Shown here: piece by piece, positions 30,320 to 40,017 of the stretch
Numbering within the stretch: position 1 is the first letter of the stretch
Layout: each line of letters begins with the position of its first letter
DNA from: Rhodospirillales bacterium
GTDB lineage: Bacteria; Pseudomonadota; Alphaproteobacteria; Rhodospirillales; CAMCUA01
Length of the DNA stretch: 62,106 bases
Assembly (NCBI GenBank): GCA_947470575.1
Contig: CANITX010000001.1
Location: 1-62,106, forward strand
Direction of reading: 5' to 3'
The notes under the pieces: model-generated
Database searches by the model: none
Told to the model about the DNA's origin: nothing
What the model saw: the letters and a program-made list of their open reading frames with translations, nothing else
Translations under genes and position numbers: made by a program

Positions 30320-30844
30320 TCAGACCGCCGGGGTCTCGTGCAGGCGCTTTATCTTCGCGAGGCGGCGCATGATCATGTTGCGCTTCAAGGACGAGATATG
30401 CTCAACGAACAGCACGCCGTCCAAATGGTCCATTTCGTGCTGGATACACACGGCCAACAGGCCCTCGGCCTCCAACTCGCGGATTTCGTTTTCCTCGTCC
30501 AGATAGCGAATGCGCGCCCGTGCCGGTCGGGTGACGTCGGCATACTGCTCAGGCAGGGAAAGGCATCCCTCTTCGTAGGTAAAGGTCTCCTCCGATGTCC
30601 AAACGATCTCGGGATTGGCCATGCAATAGTGCTTGGGCACCTTCTTGTCCCGGCTGCAATCAACGACGATGACGCGTCGCCGATCGCCTACCTGCGGCGC
30701 GGCCAGGCCGATGCCGTTGGCGGCGTACATGCTGTCCAGCATGTCCTTCATGAGCCGGCGTACCGAGTCGTCGACCTTTTCGACAGCTTTGCAGGTTACT
30801 TTCAGTCGCGGATCGGGTGCGGTGATGACGGGGCGGATTGCCAT
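30320..30844 (-). CDS. def: peptide deformylase
   Basis: GIGLAAPQVG, EGCLS and QHEMDHLDG, the three PDF motifs. Confidence 0.95.
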   Translation of the reverse strand: MAIRPVITAPDPRLKVTCKAVEKVDDSVRRLMKDMLDSMYAANGIGLAAPQVGDRRRVIVVDCSRDKKVPKHYCMANPEIVWTSEETFTYEEGCLSLPEQYADVTRPARARIRYLDEENEIRELEAEGLLAVCIQHEMDHLDGVLFVEHISSLKRNMIMRRLAKIKRLHETPAV

Positions 30845-31118
30845 GGAATTACGAATGTCGCTATCGTTGGAACCGTGCCAAATATGGCGGATGTCGCGGC
30901 ATCGTCAAGGATGGTGCTGGCTTGGCATGACCTATCGATCATCGTCGGCCTGCCCGCACGCTGCCGGCATCAATCCGGCGCATGACAGCGATGCTCAGCA
31001 GGCATGTGCCATGTTTGCGTTCCCCGGACCATTGGTGCAAGGTTTTGCCGTCGATTCCCTCTCCGGCATGCCCGTCCGGCAGGGGCGCTCATTGAGGTCA
31101 GACCAGCGGAGCCGAGCC

Positions 31119-32216
31119 ATGACGTCATTCCCCATGGTAGCCCTCGCGGGTATCGCTATTCTGATCGCGGGCCTGTTCGTCCTGATCGCTGTCGTAGCTC
31201 TTAAGGTGTTACGTTCGCGGGCGGAATCGGATGCCCATCTGTCCCATGTCAGCGATGCTGCCACGCGCCTTGCCGCTGCCCAGGCGGAACTGGGCGGACG
31301 CTTGGTGCAATCGCAACGCGAGGTCAACGAACGGCTGGACGGGCTCACCCAAAGGCTTGGCGACAGTCTGATGCAACAAGGGGAGAAGACCGGCGAATCC
31401 CTGCGCCTGTTGCAGGAGCGGCTTGCCGTTATCGACTCGGCTCAGAAGAATATCACCGAGCTTTCCCAACAGGTGGTTGGCCTGCAGGATATTTTGGCCA
31501 ACAAGCAGGCGCGCGGCGCCTTCGGTGAAATTCAGCTCAATGACTTGGTCGGGTCAATTCTACCGCCTTCCGCCTATACGCTGCAGGCCCGGCTGTCCAA
31601 CGGCAGAATTGCCGACTGCCTGTTGAAGTTGCCGAACCCTCCGGGGCCTATCGCTGTCGATGCCAAGTTCCCGCTTGAAAGCTATCACCTCCTGGCGACC
31701 GCTAAAGAGGACGAGGTACGTCGCCGCGCGGGACGCGACTTCGCTGCTGCCATTCTCAAGCATGTCAAAGACATCGCAGAGCGTTACGTGGTGCCTGGGG
31801 AAACAGCCGAATCGGCGCTGATGTTCGTGCCGTCCGAGGCGATCTATGCCGAACTCCATGCCAACCATCCCGATGTGGTCGAGCGGTCCTTCCGGTCCCG
31901 TGTTTGGATCGTCTCGCCAACGACCTTGATGGCAACCCTCAATACCGTGCGCGCCGTGTTGAAGGATGTACGCATGCGCGAACAGGCCAGCGTCATTCAG
32001 GTCGAGGTGCAGAAGATGATGGAGGATGTGAGCCGGCTCGATCAGCGGGTCGATAACTTACAGCGCCATTTCGGTCTGGCCGAACGCGATCTGCGCGATA
32101 TCCGCACCTCCGCCGAACGCATCGCCAAGCGTGGCGAGCGCATTGAATCGGTCCAGCTTAGTGACGAGGGAGAAGCAACTCTGGTGCCGCCGCCACGCGA
32201 GTTCGTTGGCTCCTGA
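31119..32216 (+). CDS. rmuC: DNA recombination protein RmuC
   Basis: N-terminal TM helix, coiled coil, then ARGAFGEIQLNDLV...IAVDAKFPLESY...MFVPSEAIYAE...VSPTTLMATL. The long upstream extension of ORF 30633.. overlaps def and is not used. Confidence 0.85.
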   Translation: MTSFPMVALAGIAILIAGLFVLIAVVALKVLRSRAESDAHLSHVSDAATRLAAAQAELGGRLVQSQREVNERLDGLTQRLGDSLMQQGEKTGESLRLLQERLAVIDSAQKNITELSQQVVGLQDILANKQARGAFGEIQLNDLVGSILPPSAYTLQARLSNGRIADCLLKLPNPPGPIAVDAKFPLESYHLLATAKEDEVRRRAGRDFAAAILKHVKDIAERYVVPGETAESALMFVPSEAIYAELHANHPDVVERSFRSRVWIVSPTTLMATLNTVRAVLKDVRMREQASVIQVEVQKMMEDVSRLDQRVDNLQRHFGLAERDLRDIRTSAERIAKRGERIESVQLSDEGEATLVPPPREFVGS

Positions 32217-32323
32217 ACGTGTAGCTGAGGGTTGATCGAATCCCAATTTCCGCCAATCGGAGGTTGCTCTATGATGTGTACTGGTCGCGCGATCAACATG
32301 CGCGTCGGCCGTTAGGGGGAACA

Positions 32324-33328
32324 ATGCTGTCGGACTTCTCCTATTTCTCATTGGTGGTTATCGCCCTTGCGGTCATCGTCGTCTTTCTCAGCGTCAAAGT
32401 GGTGCCGCAAGGCAACGCATATACCCTTGAACGCTTCGGCCGCTATATCCGGACCTTAACCCCCGGCCTGAATTTCATCATGCCCCTCGTCGATCGTATC
32501 GGCGCCAAGATGAATATGATGGAACAGGTGTTAAACGTGCCGACCCAAGAGGTTATCACCCGCGATAACGCCATGGTTTCGGTCGATGGCGTGATTTTTT
32601 TCCAGGTGATGGATGCGGCGCGTGCCACCTATGAGGTGCGTCAGCTGGAATTTGCCATCCTCAACCTGACGATGACCAATATCCGGACTGTCATGGGCTC
32701 CATGGATCTGGACGAATTGCTGTCGAAGCGTGACGAGATCAATGTACAGCTGATGCGGGTCGTCGATCAGGCCACGGCGGCCTGGGGGATCAAGGTTACC
32801 CGTATCGAGATCAAAGACATCACGCCGCCCATGGATTTGGTGGAGGCAATGGCCCGCCAGATGAAGGCTGAACGCGTGAAACGTGCGGTCGTTCTGGAGG
32901 CGGAAGGCGAACGGCAGGCCCAGGTCCTGCGCGCGGATGGCGCCAAGCAGGCGACCATCCTCGAAGCCGAAGGCCGGCGCGAGGCCGCATATCGCGATGC
33001 CGAGGCTCGTGAGCGCTCGGCCGAGGCGGAAGGCAAGGCGACAACCATGGTATCCGACGCCATCGCCAAAGGTGACGTCCATGCGCTCAACTATTTCGTC
33101 GCTCAGCGCTATATTGAAGCGCTGAAGGAAATTGCGTCAGCACCAAATCAGAAGCTGATCCTGATGCCCTTGGAAGCAGCAGGCGTTATCGGAGCCATTG
33201 GTGGAATTGCCGAGATCGCCCGCGATGCCTTTACGGGTAATTCTTCCAACAGCGCTAACCCCAATTCACCTCGCCGCCGAACGTCATCGGTCCCAGCCAG
33301 CGGACCAAGTAGCGGTCCGAGTAGCTGA
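32324..33328 (+). CDS. SPFH/band 7 (stomatin-like) membrane protein
   Basis: [45 protein letters not shown] and [17 protein letters not shown]. Confidence 0.9.
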   Translation: MLSDFSYFSLVVIALAVIVVFLSVKVVPQGNAYTLERFGRYIRTLTPGLNFIMPLVDRIGAKMNMMEQVLNVPTQEVITRDNAMVSVDGVIFFQVMDAARATYEVRQLEFAILNLTMTNIRTVMGSMDLDELLSKRDEINVQLMRVVDQATAAWGIKVTRIEIKDITPPMDLVEAMARQMKAERVKRAVVLEAEGERQAQVLRADGAKQATILEAEGRREAAYRDAEARERSAEAEGKATTMVSDAIAKGDVHALNYFVAQRYIEALKEIASAPNQKLILMPLEAAGVIGAIGGIAEIARDAFTGNSSNSANPNSPRRRTSSVPASGPSSGPSS

Positions 33329-33331
33329 ATC

Positions 33332-33775
33332 ATGGACGTGCTTCCCTCCCTGACGTTTTGGCACTGGTGGATTTTAGCTGCTGCACTGATCGCCATCGAG
33401 TTGCTGGCGCCAGGTATCTTCTTTCTTTGGTTAGGTATCGCGGCTGCTATTACAGGCCTGATAAAGCTCCTTATACCCGGATTTGGGTGGGAATTTCAGG
33501 CCGTGATATTTTCTATCTCGGCGTTCATCGCCATCTGGGGAGGCCGGGTTTGGATCGGTCGGCACCAGACGACATCGGATAAGCCGAATCTCAACCGCCG
33601 CGGCGCTGAATACGTGGGGCGCCATTTCGAACTCGCCGATCCCATTGTCAGTGGCAGCGGCAAGCTTGATATCGACGGGGTCATTTGGAGGATCGCGGGG
33701 GCAGACATGCCGGTGGGCACCCGGGTCACCGTGGTTGCTGTCGATGGTGCGCTTCTGAGAGTGGATCGGGCCTGA
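33332..33775 (+). CDS. NfeD-family membrane protein, partner of the SPFH protein
   Basis: Two or three TM helices followed by a C-terminal OB-like tail (GKLDIDGVIWRIAG...GTRVTVVAVDGALLRV). It starts 3 nt after the SPFH gene. Confidence 0.85.
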   Translation: MDVLPSLTFWHWWILAAALIAIELLAPGIFFLWLGIAAAITGLIKLLIPGFGWEFQAVIFSISAFIAIWGGRVWIGRHQTTSDKPNLNRRGAEYVGRHFELADPIVSGSGKLDIDGVIWRIAGADMPVGTRVTVVAVDGALLRVDRA

Positions 33776-33822
33776 TCCGGATAGGTTTATGTCGGATTTC
33801 CGGCTTATCCGGAGGCGACTGA

Positions 33823-33871
33823 CCGGTCGCTGCCATGCCGTGGGGGGGGGGAGTGGCACGGCAACGACCGG
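33823..33871. repeat. imperfect long stem-loop capped by a G10 homopolymer
   Basis: CCGGTCG...TGCCGTG pairs with CACGGCA...CGACCGG (7 + 7 bp around an internal loop). The loop region contains ten consecutive G (33842-33851). It lies in the 221-nt convergent spacer between nfeD and recR. Confidence 0.6.
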
Positions 33872-33996
33872 ACAATCTTCTTTCGCTGTCGGGCGCTTGC
33901 CTCAGGGGATGAGAGCGGGGATTCTCCCGACAACCAGGGCGAACTATAGTTCCCGGCAATTCAACCTGTCTCTTATGCGGGCGTATAAGGAGAGCG

Positions 33997-34605
33997 CTAT
34001 ACGGAACGGCGGTCGCGCAAGGCGGCTGAAAGCGTGCCGTCATCGAGATAATCGAGCTCGCCGCCGACCGGTACGCCGTGGGCAAGCGCGCTGACCTTGA
34101 CGTCTTGTCCGGTGCTGCCGCGTTCGGCGAGCCTGTCGGCGATGTAGTGGGCTGTGGTCTGTCCGTCGACGGTGGCGTTTGTCGCCAAAATGACCTCGAC
34201 GGCGCCACTATCGACGACGCGGGTAAGTAGCTGCGGAATACGCAGGTCTTCCGGTCCGGTTCCGTCGAGGGCCGATAACACGCCGCCCAGCACATGATAG
34301 CGGCCGGGGAAAGCCGCGGCCCGTTCCAGCGCCCAAAGGTCGGCGACGTCCTCGACCACGCAAATCAGCCGTCCGTCCCGGCGGGGATCGGCGCAGATGA
34401 TACAGGGATCCTGGGTATCCAAATTGCCGCAGGTCGAACAAGCCCGCACCGAGCGGGCCGCCTCGGTCAGCGCTGTGGCAAGCGGCAGCATCAGGGATTC
34501 CCGCCGTTTGATCAAGGTCAGCGCCGCCCGTCTGGCAGAGCGAGGCCCCAAGCCGGGTACCTTGGCCAATAGCAGAATCAGCCGTTCGATCTCGGAAACG
34601 GTCAT
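33997..34605 (-). CDS. recR: recombination protein RecR
   Basis: LPGLGPRSA helix-hairpin-helix, the C4 zinc finger CSTCGNL...CIIC, and the Toprim domain. Confidence 0.95.
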   Translation of the reverse strand: MTVSEIERLILLLAKVPGLGPRSARRAALTLIKRRESLMLPLATALTEAARSVRACSTCGNLDTQDPCIICADPRRDGRLICVVEDVADLWALERAAAFPGRYHVLGGVLSALDGTGPEDLRIPQLLTRVVDSGAVEVILATNATVDGQTTAHYIADRLAERGSTGQDVKVSALAHGVPVGGELDYLDDGTLSAALRDRRSV

Positions 34606-34653
34606 GGCCGCAACGGTTGCCGGCCGAACTGACGGAAGGCAGTCAAATGCCGC

Positions 34654-34977
34654 TCAAAACGGCAGTTTGATGCCCGGCGGCAGCTGTAGGCCGCCGGTTA
34701 GTTCGCTCATCTTCTCGGCCATCAGGCGGTCGGCCTTACCCTTGGCGTCGTTGAAGGCGGCGACCAAAAGGTCTTCCAGGACCTCGACATCCTTGGCTTC
34801 GGCAAGCGATGGATCGATCTTGACCCTGCGGGTCTCGCCTTTGCCGCTAAGCGTGACCGAGACCATACCGGCGCCGGACGATCCGGTCACTTCTATGGTG
34901 CTCAGCTTTTCCTGCAACTCGCCCATGCGGGCCTGCATCTGCTGGGCCTGCTTCAGCATCTGCCCAAGGTTGGTCAT
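34654..34977 (-). CDS. ybaB: YbaB/EbfC nucleoid-associated protein
   Basis: 107 aa: MLKQAQQMQARMGELQEKL...GAGMVSVTLSGKGE...LEDLLVAAFNDA. Confidence 0.95.
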   Translation of the reverse strand: MTNLGQMLKQAQQMQARMGELQEKLSTIEVTGSSGAGMVSVTLSGKGETRRVKIDPSLAEAKDVEVLEDLLVAAFNDAKGKADRLMAEKMSELTGGLQLPPGIKLPF

Positions 34978-35099
34978 CGCGTCGCCAGCTCCCGGTTCAG
35001 GGGTTGTCCCGTTTCAGGGATTGCACATGCGGGCGACCGGCTTCACTGTAGCCGGGTCCCGACAGCCCCACTTCTATACCAGCCGTGGACCGCCGAGTC

Positions 35100-35930
35100 A
35101 TGCAGCACCGATCTCTTTTCGTCTTCGATATCGAAACCGTGCCTGACACCGATGCGGTGCCTGCCTTGACGGATTTTACCGATCCCGACGTTGCGGCGCG
35201 GCGGGGCGAATTAGAGCGTTATCACCTGGAGGTGACGAACGGTAACAATTCCTTCCCGCGCCAACCATTCCACCGGATCGTCGCCATCGCGTTTCTTGAA
35301 GCCGAGATCGACCGCGACGGGCCGCGCGAAACCTACCTGCTCAACGAACTGCGGGCCGGAGGTGAAACTGATTGGGACGAACGCAAGCTGATCGAAGGGT
35401 TTTTCAGCTACTTCGAACGTATCAAGCCGCGTTTGGTCAGTTTCAACGGCCGTACCTTCGACCTGCCGGTTCTGCGCTATCGGGCGATGGTCCACGGTAT
35501 CGCGGCGCCCTTTCTTTACTCGGCGGGGGACAAGTGGAACAGCTATACCAGCCGCTATAGTCCCGACTGGCATTGCGACCTTTTGGAGGTGTTGTCGGAT
35601 TACGGTGCTTCGGCGCGCGTCCGCTTGAACGAGGTCTGCGCCGCTCTTGGCCTGCCCGGTAAGTTCGGTCCTTCGGGTGCCGATGTTGCCGGCATGTACG
35701 ATGAAGGACGCATCGGCGAGATCCGCGCCTATTGCGAAACCGATGTGCTCAACACCTACCTGGTCTATCTGCGCCATCAGCTGCACACTGGCGGCATCGC
35801 TCTCGAAGGCTACAACCGGGCGGTCGCCGACTTGGTTACCCTGTTGGAAGGGGCGCGGGGCGAACGGCCCCACCTCGGCGATTTCCTTGCGGCCTGGCAC
35901 GAGGCGAGCCGTGGCAAGTTGACGCTTTAA
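35100..35930 (+). CDS. DEDDy 3'-5' exonuclease related to the PolB exonuclease domain (RNase H-like fold)
   Basis: Exo I FVFDIETVPD, Exo II VSFNGRTFDLPVL and Exo III YCETDVLNTY. Start taken at the ATG 35100; a GTG at 35085 is also possible. Confidence 0.8.
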   Translation: MQHRSLFVFDIETVPDTDAVPALTDFTDPDVAARRGELERYHLEVTNGNNSFPRQPFHRIVAIAFLEAEIDRDGPRETYLLNELRAGGETDWDERKLIEGFFSYFERIKPRLVSFNGRTFDLPVLRYRAMVHGIAAPFLYSAGDKWNSYTSRYSPDWHCDLLEVLSDYGASARVRLNEVCAALGLPGKFGPSGADVAGMYDEGRIGEIRAYCETDVLNTYLVYLRHQLHTGGIALEGYNRAVADLVTLLEGARGERPHLGDFLAAWHEASRGKLTL

Positions 35931-35949
35931 CCGCTGCCAGCCGCTACCA

Positions 35950-37833
35950 TCAGGCCTGTTCGAATTCGCTGTCCTCAATGGGGGAGGACGTATCTTCGGC
36001 ATCTCCATCCAGTTTTTCCGGTGGGGGTGCCAACGAACGTACGGCGGCAATCGAGGCGCCGGGAAAGGTTTCCATGACCGAACGTACCAGGGGATGGGTG
36101 GCAGCCTTGGCCTTTGCCGCTTCGGCATCCGCCTCGGCCTGCTGCTGCACCGTCGGCGCGCCGGCATCCCGCGATACCGTCACCACCCAGCGCCGCCCCG
36201 TGTTGGCATTGAGGAAGCGGCTCAGGGTATGGGCGAGATCGGCGGGTGCCGTATCTGCGGGGCGGAATTCGATTCGCCCCGGCTCGAAATGCACCAGATG
36301 GACATTGTTGCGCAGGTTGGCATATAGGCGCACTTCACGCAGCGCGTCAGCCAGATCGATCACCGCCGTGAAGGTTGCCGGGTCGTGCGATGTCGCATCG
36401 CCATCGTCATCCCATGGTGCCGGTTCGGGTTGCGACACCGGATCGGCGGCCGTCGCATGGATGGGAGCTGCTTGCGCCAGCGGTGATTCCTCGGGCCGCA
36501 TGGCCGTTGCCACCGCAGTCCTGGCGCCGGCCCCGCCCGGAAGCAAGGAAGAAACCTGGCTTGCCGTGGGCTTTCCCGTCGTAGCGCCAGACAAAACCGG
36601 TACCCGGGGTGTTGCGGTGGTCGAAACGTTGCTCTCCCGCAAGGCTTTGACCAGCGTGCCCGGGGCCGGAAGATCGGCTGCATACCCAAGGCGGATCAGA
36701 ACCATCTCCGCCGCCTGCAGGGCCGAGGGAGCCTGACGAACCTCCTCCAGGCCCTTTAACAGCATCTGCCACGCGCGGGTTAGGACAGCCATCGACAGTC
36801 CACCCGCCATAGCACGACCGCGCACCCGTTCGGCTTCCGGGGTTCCGGGCAGTTCCGCGGCTTGTGGCGCCACTTTGATGCGCGTCAGCCAGTGGGTCAG
36901 TTCGAGCAGATCGTCAAGGACCAGGACGGGGTCGGCACCGTCGGCATGCTGTGCTGTCAGCTGATCCAGCGCATCGGCGATATGGCCGCGCATGACGGCA
37001 TCGAACAGGTCGAAGGTACGTGTGCGGTCGACCAAGCCCAGCATGCGGCGGATGTCGTCCTCGTCGACGCGCGAGCCATCCGTGGAGATGGCCTGATCGA
37101 GCAACGATAGTCCATCGCGCACGGAACCATCGGCGGCGCGCGCGATCAGCATCAGCGCCGTATCGGTGATATCGGCGCCTTCCTGCCGGGCGATCTTGCC
37201 GAAATGCTCCGCCAATAGCTCCATATCGACGCGCCGCAGGTCAAAGCGTTGGCAGCGTGACAGCACAGTGACCGGTACCTTGCGGATCTCGGTTGTGGCA
37301 AAGACGAATTTGGTGTGTTCCGGCGGCTCTTCCAGCGTCTTCAGCAACGCATTGAAGGCGTGGCGAGACAGCATGTGTACTTCGTCGATGATATAGATTT
37401 TGTAGCGCGCCGACGTCGGCCGGTAGCGCACTCCGTCGATGACCTCACGCATGTCGTCGACGCCCGTGCGGCTGGCGGCGTCCATCTCCAGCACATCGAC
37501 ATGACGGTCGGCAGCGATGGCCCGGCACGGTTCGCATTGACCGCAGGGCGATGGTGTCGGGCCGCCTTTGCCGTCAGGACCAATGCAGTTCAACGCCCGT
37601 GCAATGATGCGCGCCGTCGTCGTCTTGCCGACACCGCGCACGCCGGTCAGCATGAAGGCATGGGCCAGCCGGCCGGAGGCGATGGCATTGGTCAGAGTAC
37701 GGACCAGGGCATCCTGGCCGATGACCTCGGCAAACGTCGTCGGGCGGTATTTGCGGGCGAGGACGCGATAAGCGCTGGCCTCCGGCTTGGCCGAGGGAGC
37801 CGTTCCGGTGGGCTTGGGAGCGTGCTCGTCCAT
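35950..37833 (-). CDS. dnaX: DNA polymerase III subunit gamma/tau
   Basis: YRVLARKYRPTTF, GVRGVGKTTTARI, the Zn module CGQCEPC and IIDEVHMLS. I prefer the start MDEHAPK (37833) because GAAGG lies upstream. The ORF extends to 37869. Confidence 0.95.
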   Translation of the reverse strand: MDEHAPKPTGTAPSAKPEASAYRVLARKYRPTTFAEVIGQDALVRTLTNAIASGRLAHAFMLTGVRGVGKTTTARIIARALNCIGPDGKGGPTPSPCGQCEPCRAIAADRHVDVLEMDAASRTGVDDMREVIDGVRYRPTSARYKIYIIDEVHMLSRHAFNALLKTLEEPPEHTKFVFATTEIRKVPVTVLSRCQRFDLRRVDMELLAEHFGKIARQEGADITDTALMLIARAADGSVRDGLSLLDQAISTDGSRVDEDDIRRMLGLVDRTRTFDLFDAVMRGHIADALDQLTAQHADGADPVLVLDDLLELTHWLTRIKVAPQAAELPGTPEAERVRGRAMAGGLSMAVLTRAWQMLLKGLEEVRQAPSALQAAEMVLIRLGYAADLPAPGTLVKALRESNVSTTATPRVPVLSGATTGKPTASQVSSLLPGGAGARTAVATAMRPEESPLAQAAPIHATAADPVSQPEPAPWDDDGDATSHDPATFTAVIDLADALREVRLYANLRNNVHLVHFEPGRIEFRPADTAPADLAHTLSRFLNANTGRRWVVTVSRDAGAPTVQQQAEADAEAAKAKAATHPLVRSVMETFPGASIAAVRSLAPPPEKLDGDAEDTSSPIEDSEFEQA

Positions 37834-37884
37834 GAAGCTGTTCGCCTTCGGCGGTGAAGAAGGCGGCATAAAGCCGGGGCGATA

Positions 37885-37983
37885 GGTGGGAGACTGGCGG
37901 ACGACCCAGGCCGAAACTCGTTACGGCTGCTTCCTTCCGGATCTGACCGGGTTGGCGAGGAGCCCGTCCATCGCCAGCCTCCC
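37885..37983 (-). ncRNA. ffs: signal recognition particle RNA (small bacterial 4.5S type)
   Basis: The minus strand reads GGGAGGCUGGCGAUGGACGGGCUCCUCGCCAACCCGGUCAGAUCCGGAAGGAAGCAGCCGUAACGAGUUUCGGCCUGGGUCGUCCGCCAGUCUCCCACC. It contains the conserved domain IV motif GGUCAG-AUCCGGAAGGAAGCAGCC. The 5' and 3' ends pair as a long helix. It sits in the usual position upstream of dnaX. Confidence 0.85.
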
Positions 37984-38151
37984 GACAGTACTATATCAGG
38001 TCGTCCCGCCCCTGGCGCAAGGCCAGATAAGCAACCCAGCCCGAGACGGCGTCGGCGACCGTCATCGGTGTCCGCCCGGAGTCTTGATGAACAATTCAAG
38101 AAAGCGTACCGCATCTTGCCGGCTTTCCCCGGCTGTGCAAGGCTAGCCGCC

Positions 38152-39075
38152 ATGCGAGAACCAATGTTTATCGTCGGGGCTGATTTCGATCGTGCCGCCG
38201 TCCTACGCGAAAACGAGGCATGGCTGGCCGAACGTTTGGGCGATCCCCGTACCCGGATCATTCCGGTCTGGCGCAGTCGCAATCTGGTTCATAACGGTGA
38301 ACCGATGCGCGCCGCCATCCTGACCGACAGCATCGCTGGGAATTTGTTGAATCTTGCCGACCACGCCGTGCTGCTGACAGTTGAGAACGGCATCGCCACC
38401 TTCGCAGTCGACGTGTCGGGCCACGATGTACCTGTGTTGGCGCCGATGTTGAACGGTGCGGAGTTTGCCGATCTGCGCGAGTTCGGCCCGCTCATCGAGG
38501 CTCGCGAAGGCGCCTTGCTGGCTCTCGCCCGCGGCATGGTTCATTGGCACGGTACGGCACGCTATTGTTCGTACTGCGGTTCTCCAACGATCAGTACGCG
38601 CGGCGGATTCCAGCGCAAATGTACAAGCCCTTCCTGCGGCCGTAGCCATTTTCCGCGTACCGACCCGGCGGTGATTATGCTGGTCACCCGGCCCGGTCCC
38701 GGTGGCGGTCTATGCTTGCTCGGCCGTCAGGCGGTGTGGCCCGAGGGCCGATTCTCGACCCTGGCCGGTTTCGTCGAGCCGGGAGAGTCCCTGGAAGCGG
38801 CGGTTGCCCGCGAGGTGCAGGAGGAAACCGGCGTTACCATTACCGACGTTCGTTATCGCCGTTCCCAACCTTGGCCTTTTCCGGCTTCGCTGATGCTCGG
38901 CTTCCGGGCCCGCGCGACCAGCGAAGACATCATGCTCAACGACAACGAACTGGAAGAGGCACGCTGGTTTACCCGCGAGCAGGTCGCGGACTTCGAGGGC
39001 CATGGTTTTCAGTTGCCGCGCCTGGGTTCGATCTCGCGCTGGCTGATCTCCGAATGGCTCGCCGAGGCGGGGTGA
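38152..39075 (+). CDS. nudC: NAD(+) diphosphatase (Nudix, NudC type)
   Basis: Zinc ribbon CSYCGSPT...CTSPSCG and Nudix box GFVEPGESLEAAVAREVQEETGV, followed by SQPWPFP. Confidence 0.85.
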   Translation: MREPMFIVGADFDRAAVLRENEAWLAERLGDPRTRIIPVWRSRNLVHNGEPMRAAILTDSIAGNLLNLADHAVLLTVENGIATFAVDVSGHDVPVLAPMLNGAEFADLREFGPLIEAREGALLALARGMVHWHGTARYCSYCGSPTISTRGGFQRKCTSPSCGRSHFPRTDPAVIMLVTRPGPGGGLCLLGRQAVWPEGRFSTLAGFVEPGESLEAAVAREVQEETGVTITDVRYRRSQPWPFPASLMLGFRARATSEDIMLNDNELEEARWFTREQVADFEGHGFQLPRLGSISRWLISEWLAEAG

Positions 39076-39085
39076 CGTCGGCGGC

Positions 39086-40012
39086 ATGAGCAAAGTCATC
39101 ATCACCTGCGCCGTGACGGGGTCGATCCATACCCCGACCATGTCGCCCTACCTGCCGATCACCCCCGATGATATCGCTAAAGAGGCCATCGCCTCTGCCG
39201 AAGCCGGGGCGTCGATCCTGCACCTGCACGCCCGCGATCCCAAGGACGGACGACCGACACCCGACCCGGCCGTGTTTATGGCGTTTCTGCCGCGCATCAA
39301 GCAGGCGACGGATGCGGTCATCAACATCACCACGGGCGGCGGTCACGGCATGACGGTGGCCGATCGGTTGGCGGCGCCGCTCAAGGCCCGGCCGGAGATG
39401 TGCTCGCTCAACATGGGCTCGATGAACTTCGGCCTGTTTCCCATGCTGAACCGCTACGACAGCTTCAAGCACGACTGGGAACCGGCCTATCTCGAAGCCT
39501 CGCGGGACTTTATCTTCCGCAATACCTTCAAGGATATCGAGACCATCCTGCGCGACCTTGGCGAAGGCTGCGGCACTCGCTTCGAATTCGAGTGTTACGA
39601 TATCGGCCACCTCTATACCCTGGCTCACTTCCTCGACCGCAAATTGGTGCGACCGCCGCTGTTCGTGCAGACCATCTTCGGCATCCTGGGCGGCATCGGC
39701 GCCGATCCTGATAACGTCGTCTTCATGCGGCGTACGGCTGACAGGCTGTTTGGCGATGCCTATCAATGGTCGATTCTGGCCGCTGGTCGGCACCAGATGG
39801 GGTTAGGCACCCTGGGTGCCGTGATGGGCGGCAACGTCCGTGTCGGGTTGGAGGATTCGCTTTACGCTGGTAAGGGCCAATTGGCCCGTAGCAATGCCGA
39901 GCAGGTAACAAAAATTCGTTCGATCCTGGAAAACTTGTCGCTCGAAATAGCCACGCCAGCCGAGGCTCGCTCGATCCTCGACCTCAAGGGCGGCGATCAA
40001 GTGGCATTCTAG
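39086..40012 (+). CDS. beta-keto acid cleavage enzyme (BKACE/DUF849; 3-keto-5-aminohexanoate cleavage enzyme family)
   Basis: MSKVIITCAVTGSIHTPTMSPYLPITPDDIAKEAIASAEAGASILHLHARDP is the canonical BKACE N-terminus. GNVRVGLEDS lies near the C-terminus. Confidence 0.85.
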   Translation: MSKVIITCAVTGSIHTPTMSPYLPITPDDIAKEAIASAEAGASILHLHARDPKDGRPTPDPAVFMAFLPRIKQATDAVINITTGGGHGMTVADRLAAPLKARPEMCSLNMGSMNFGLFPMLNRYDSFKHDWEPAYLEASRDFIFRNTFKDIETILRDLGEGCGTRFEFECYDIGHLYTLAHFLDRKLVRPPLFVQTIFGILGGIGADPDNVVFMRRTADRLFGDAYQWSILAAGRHQMGLGTLGAVMGGNVRVGLEDSLYAGKGQLARSNAEQVTKIRSILENLSLEIATPAEARSILDLKGGDQVAF

Positions 40013-40017
40013 TCCTC

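Noticed and set aside
35950-37833. Programmed -1 frameshift site in dnaX (A AAA AAG type, producing gamma).
   Set aside because: I found no A-rich slippery heptamer on the coding strand by eye. Alphaproteobacteria are known to generate a short DnaX form by other means, so no claim is made.
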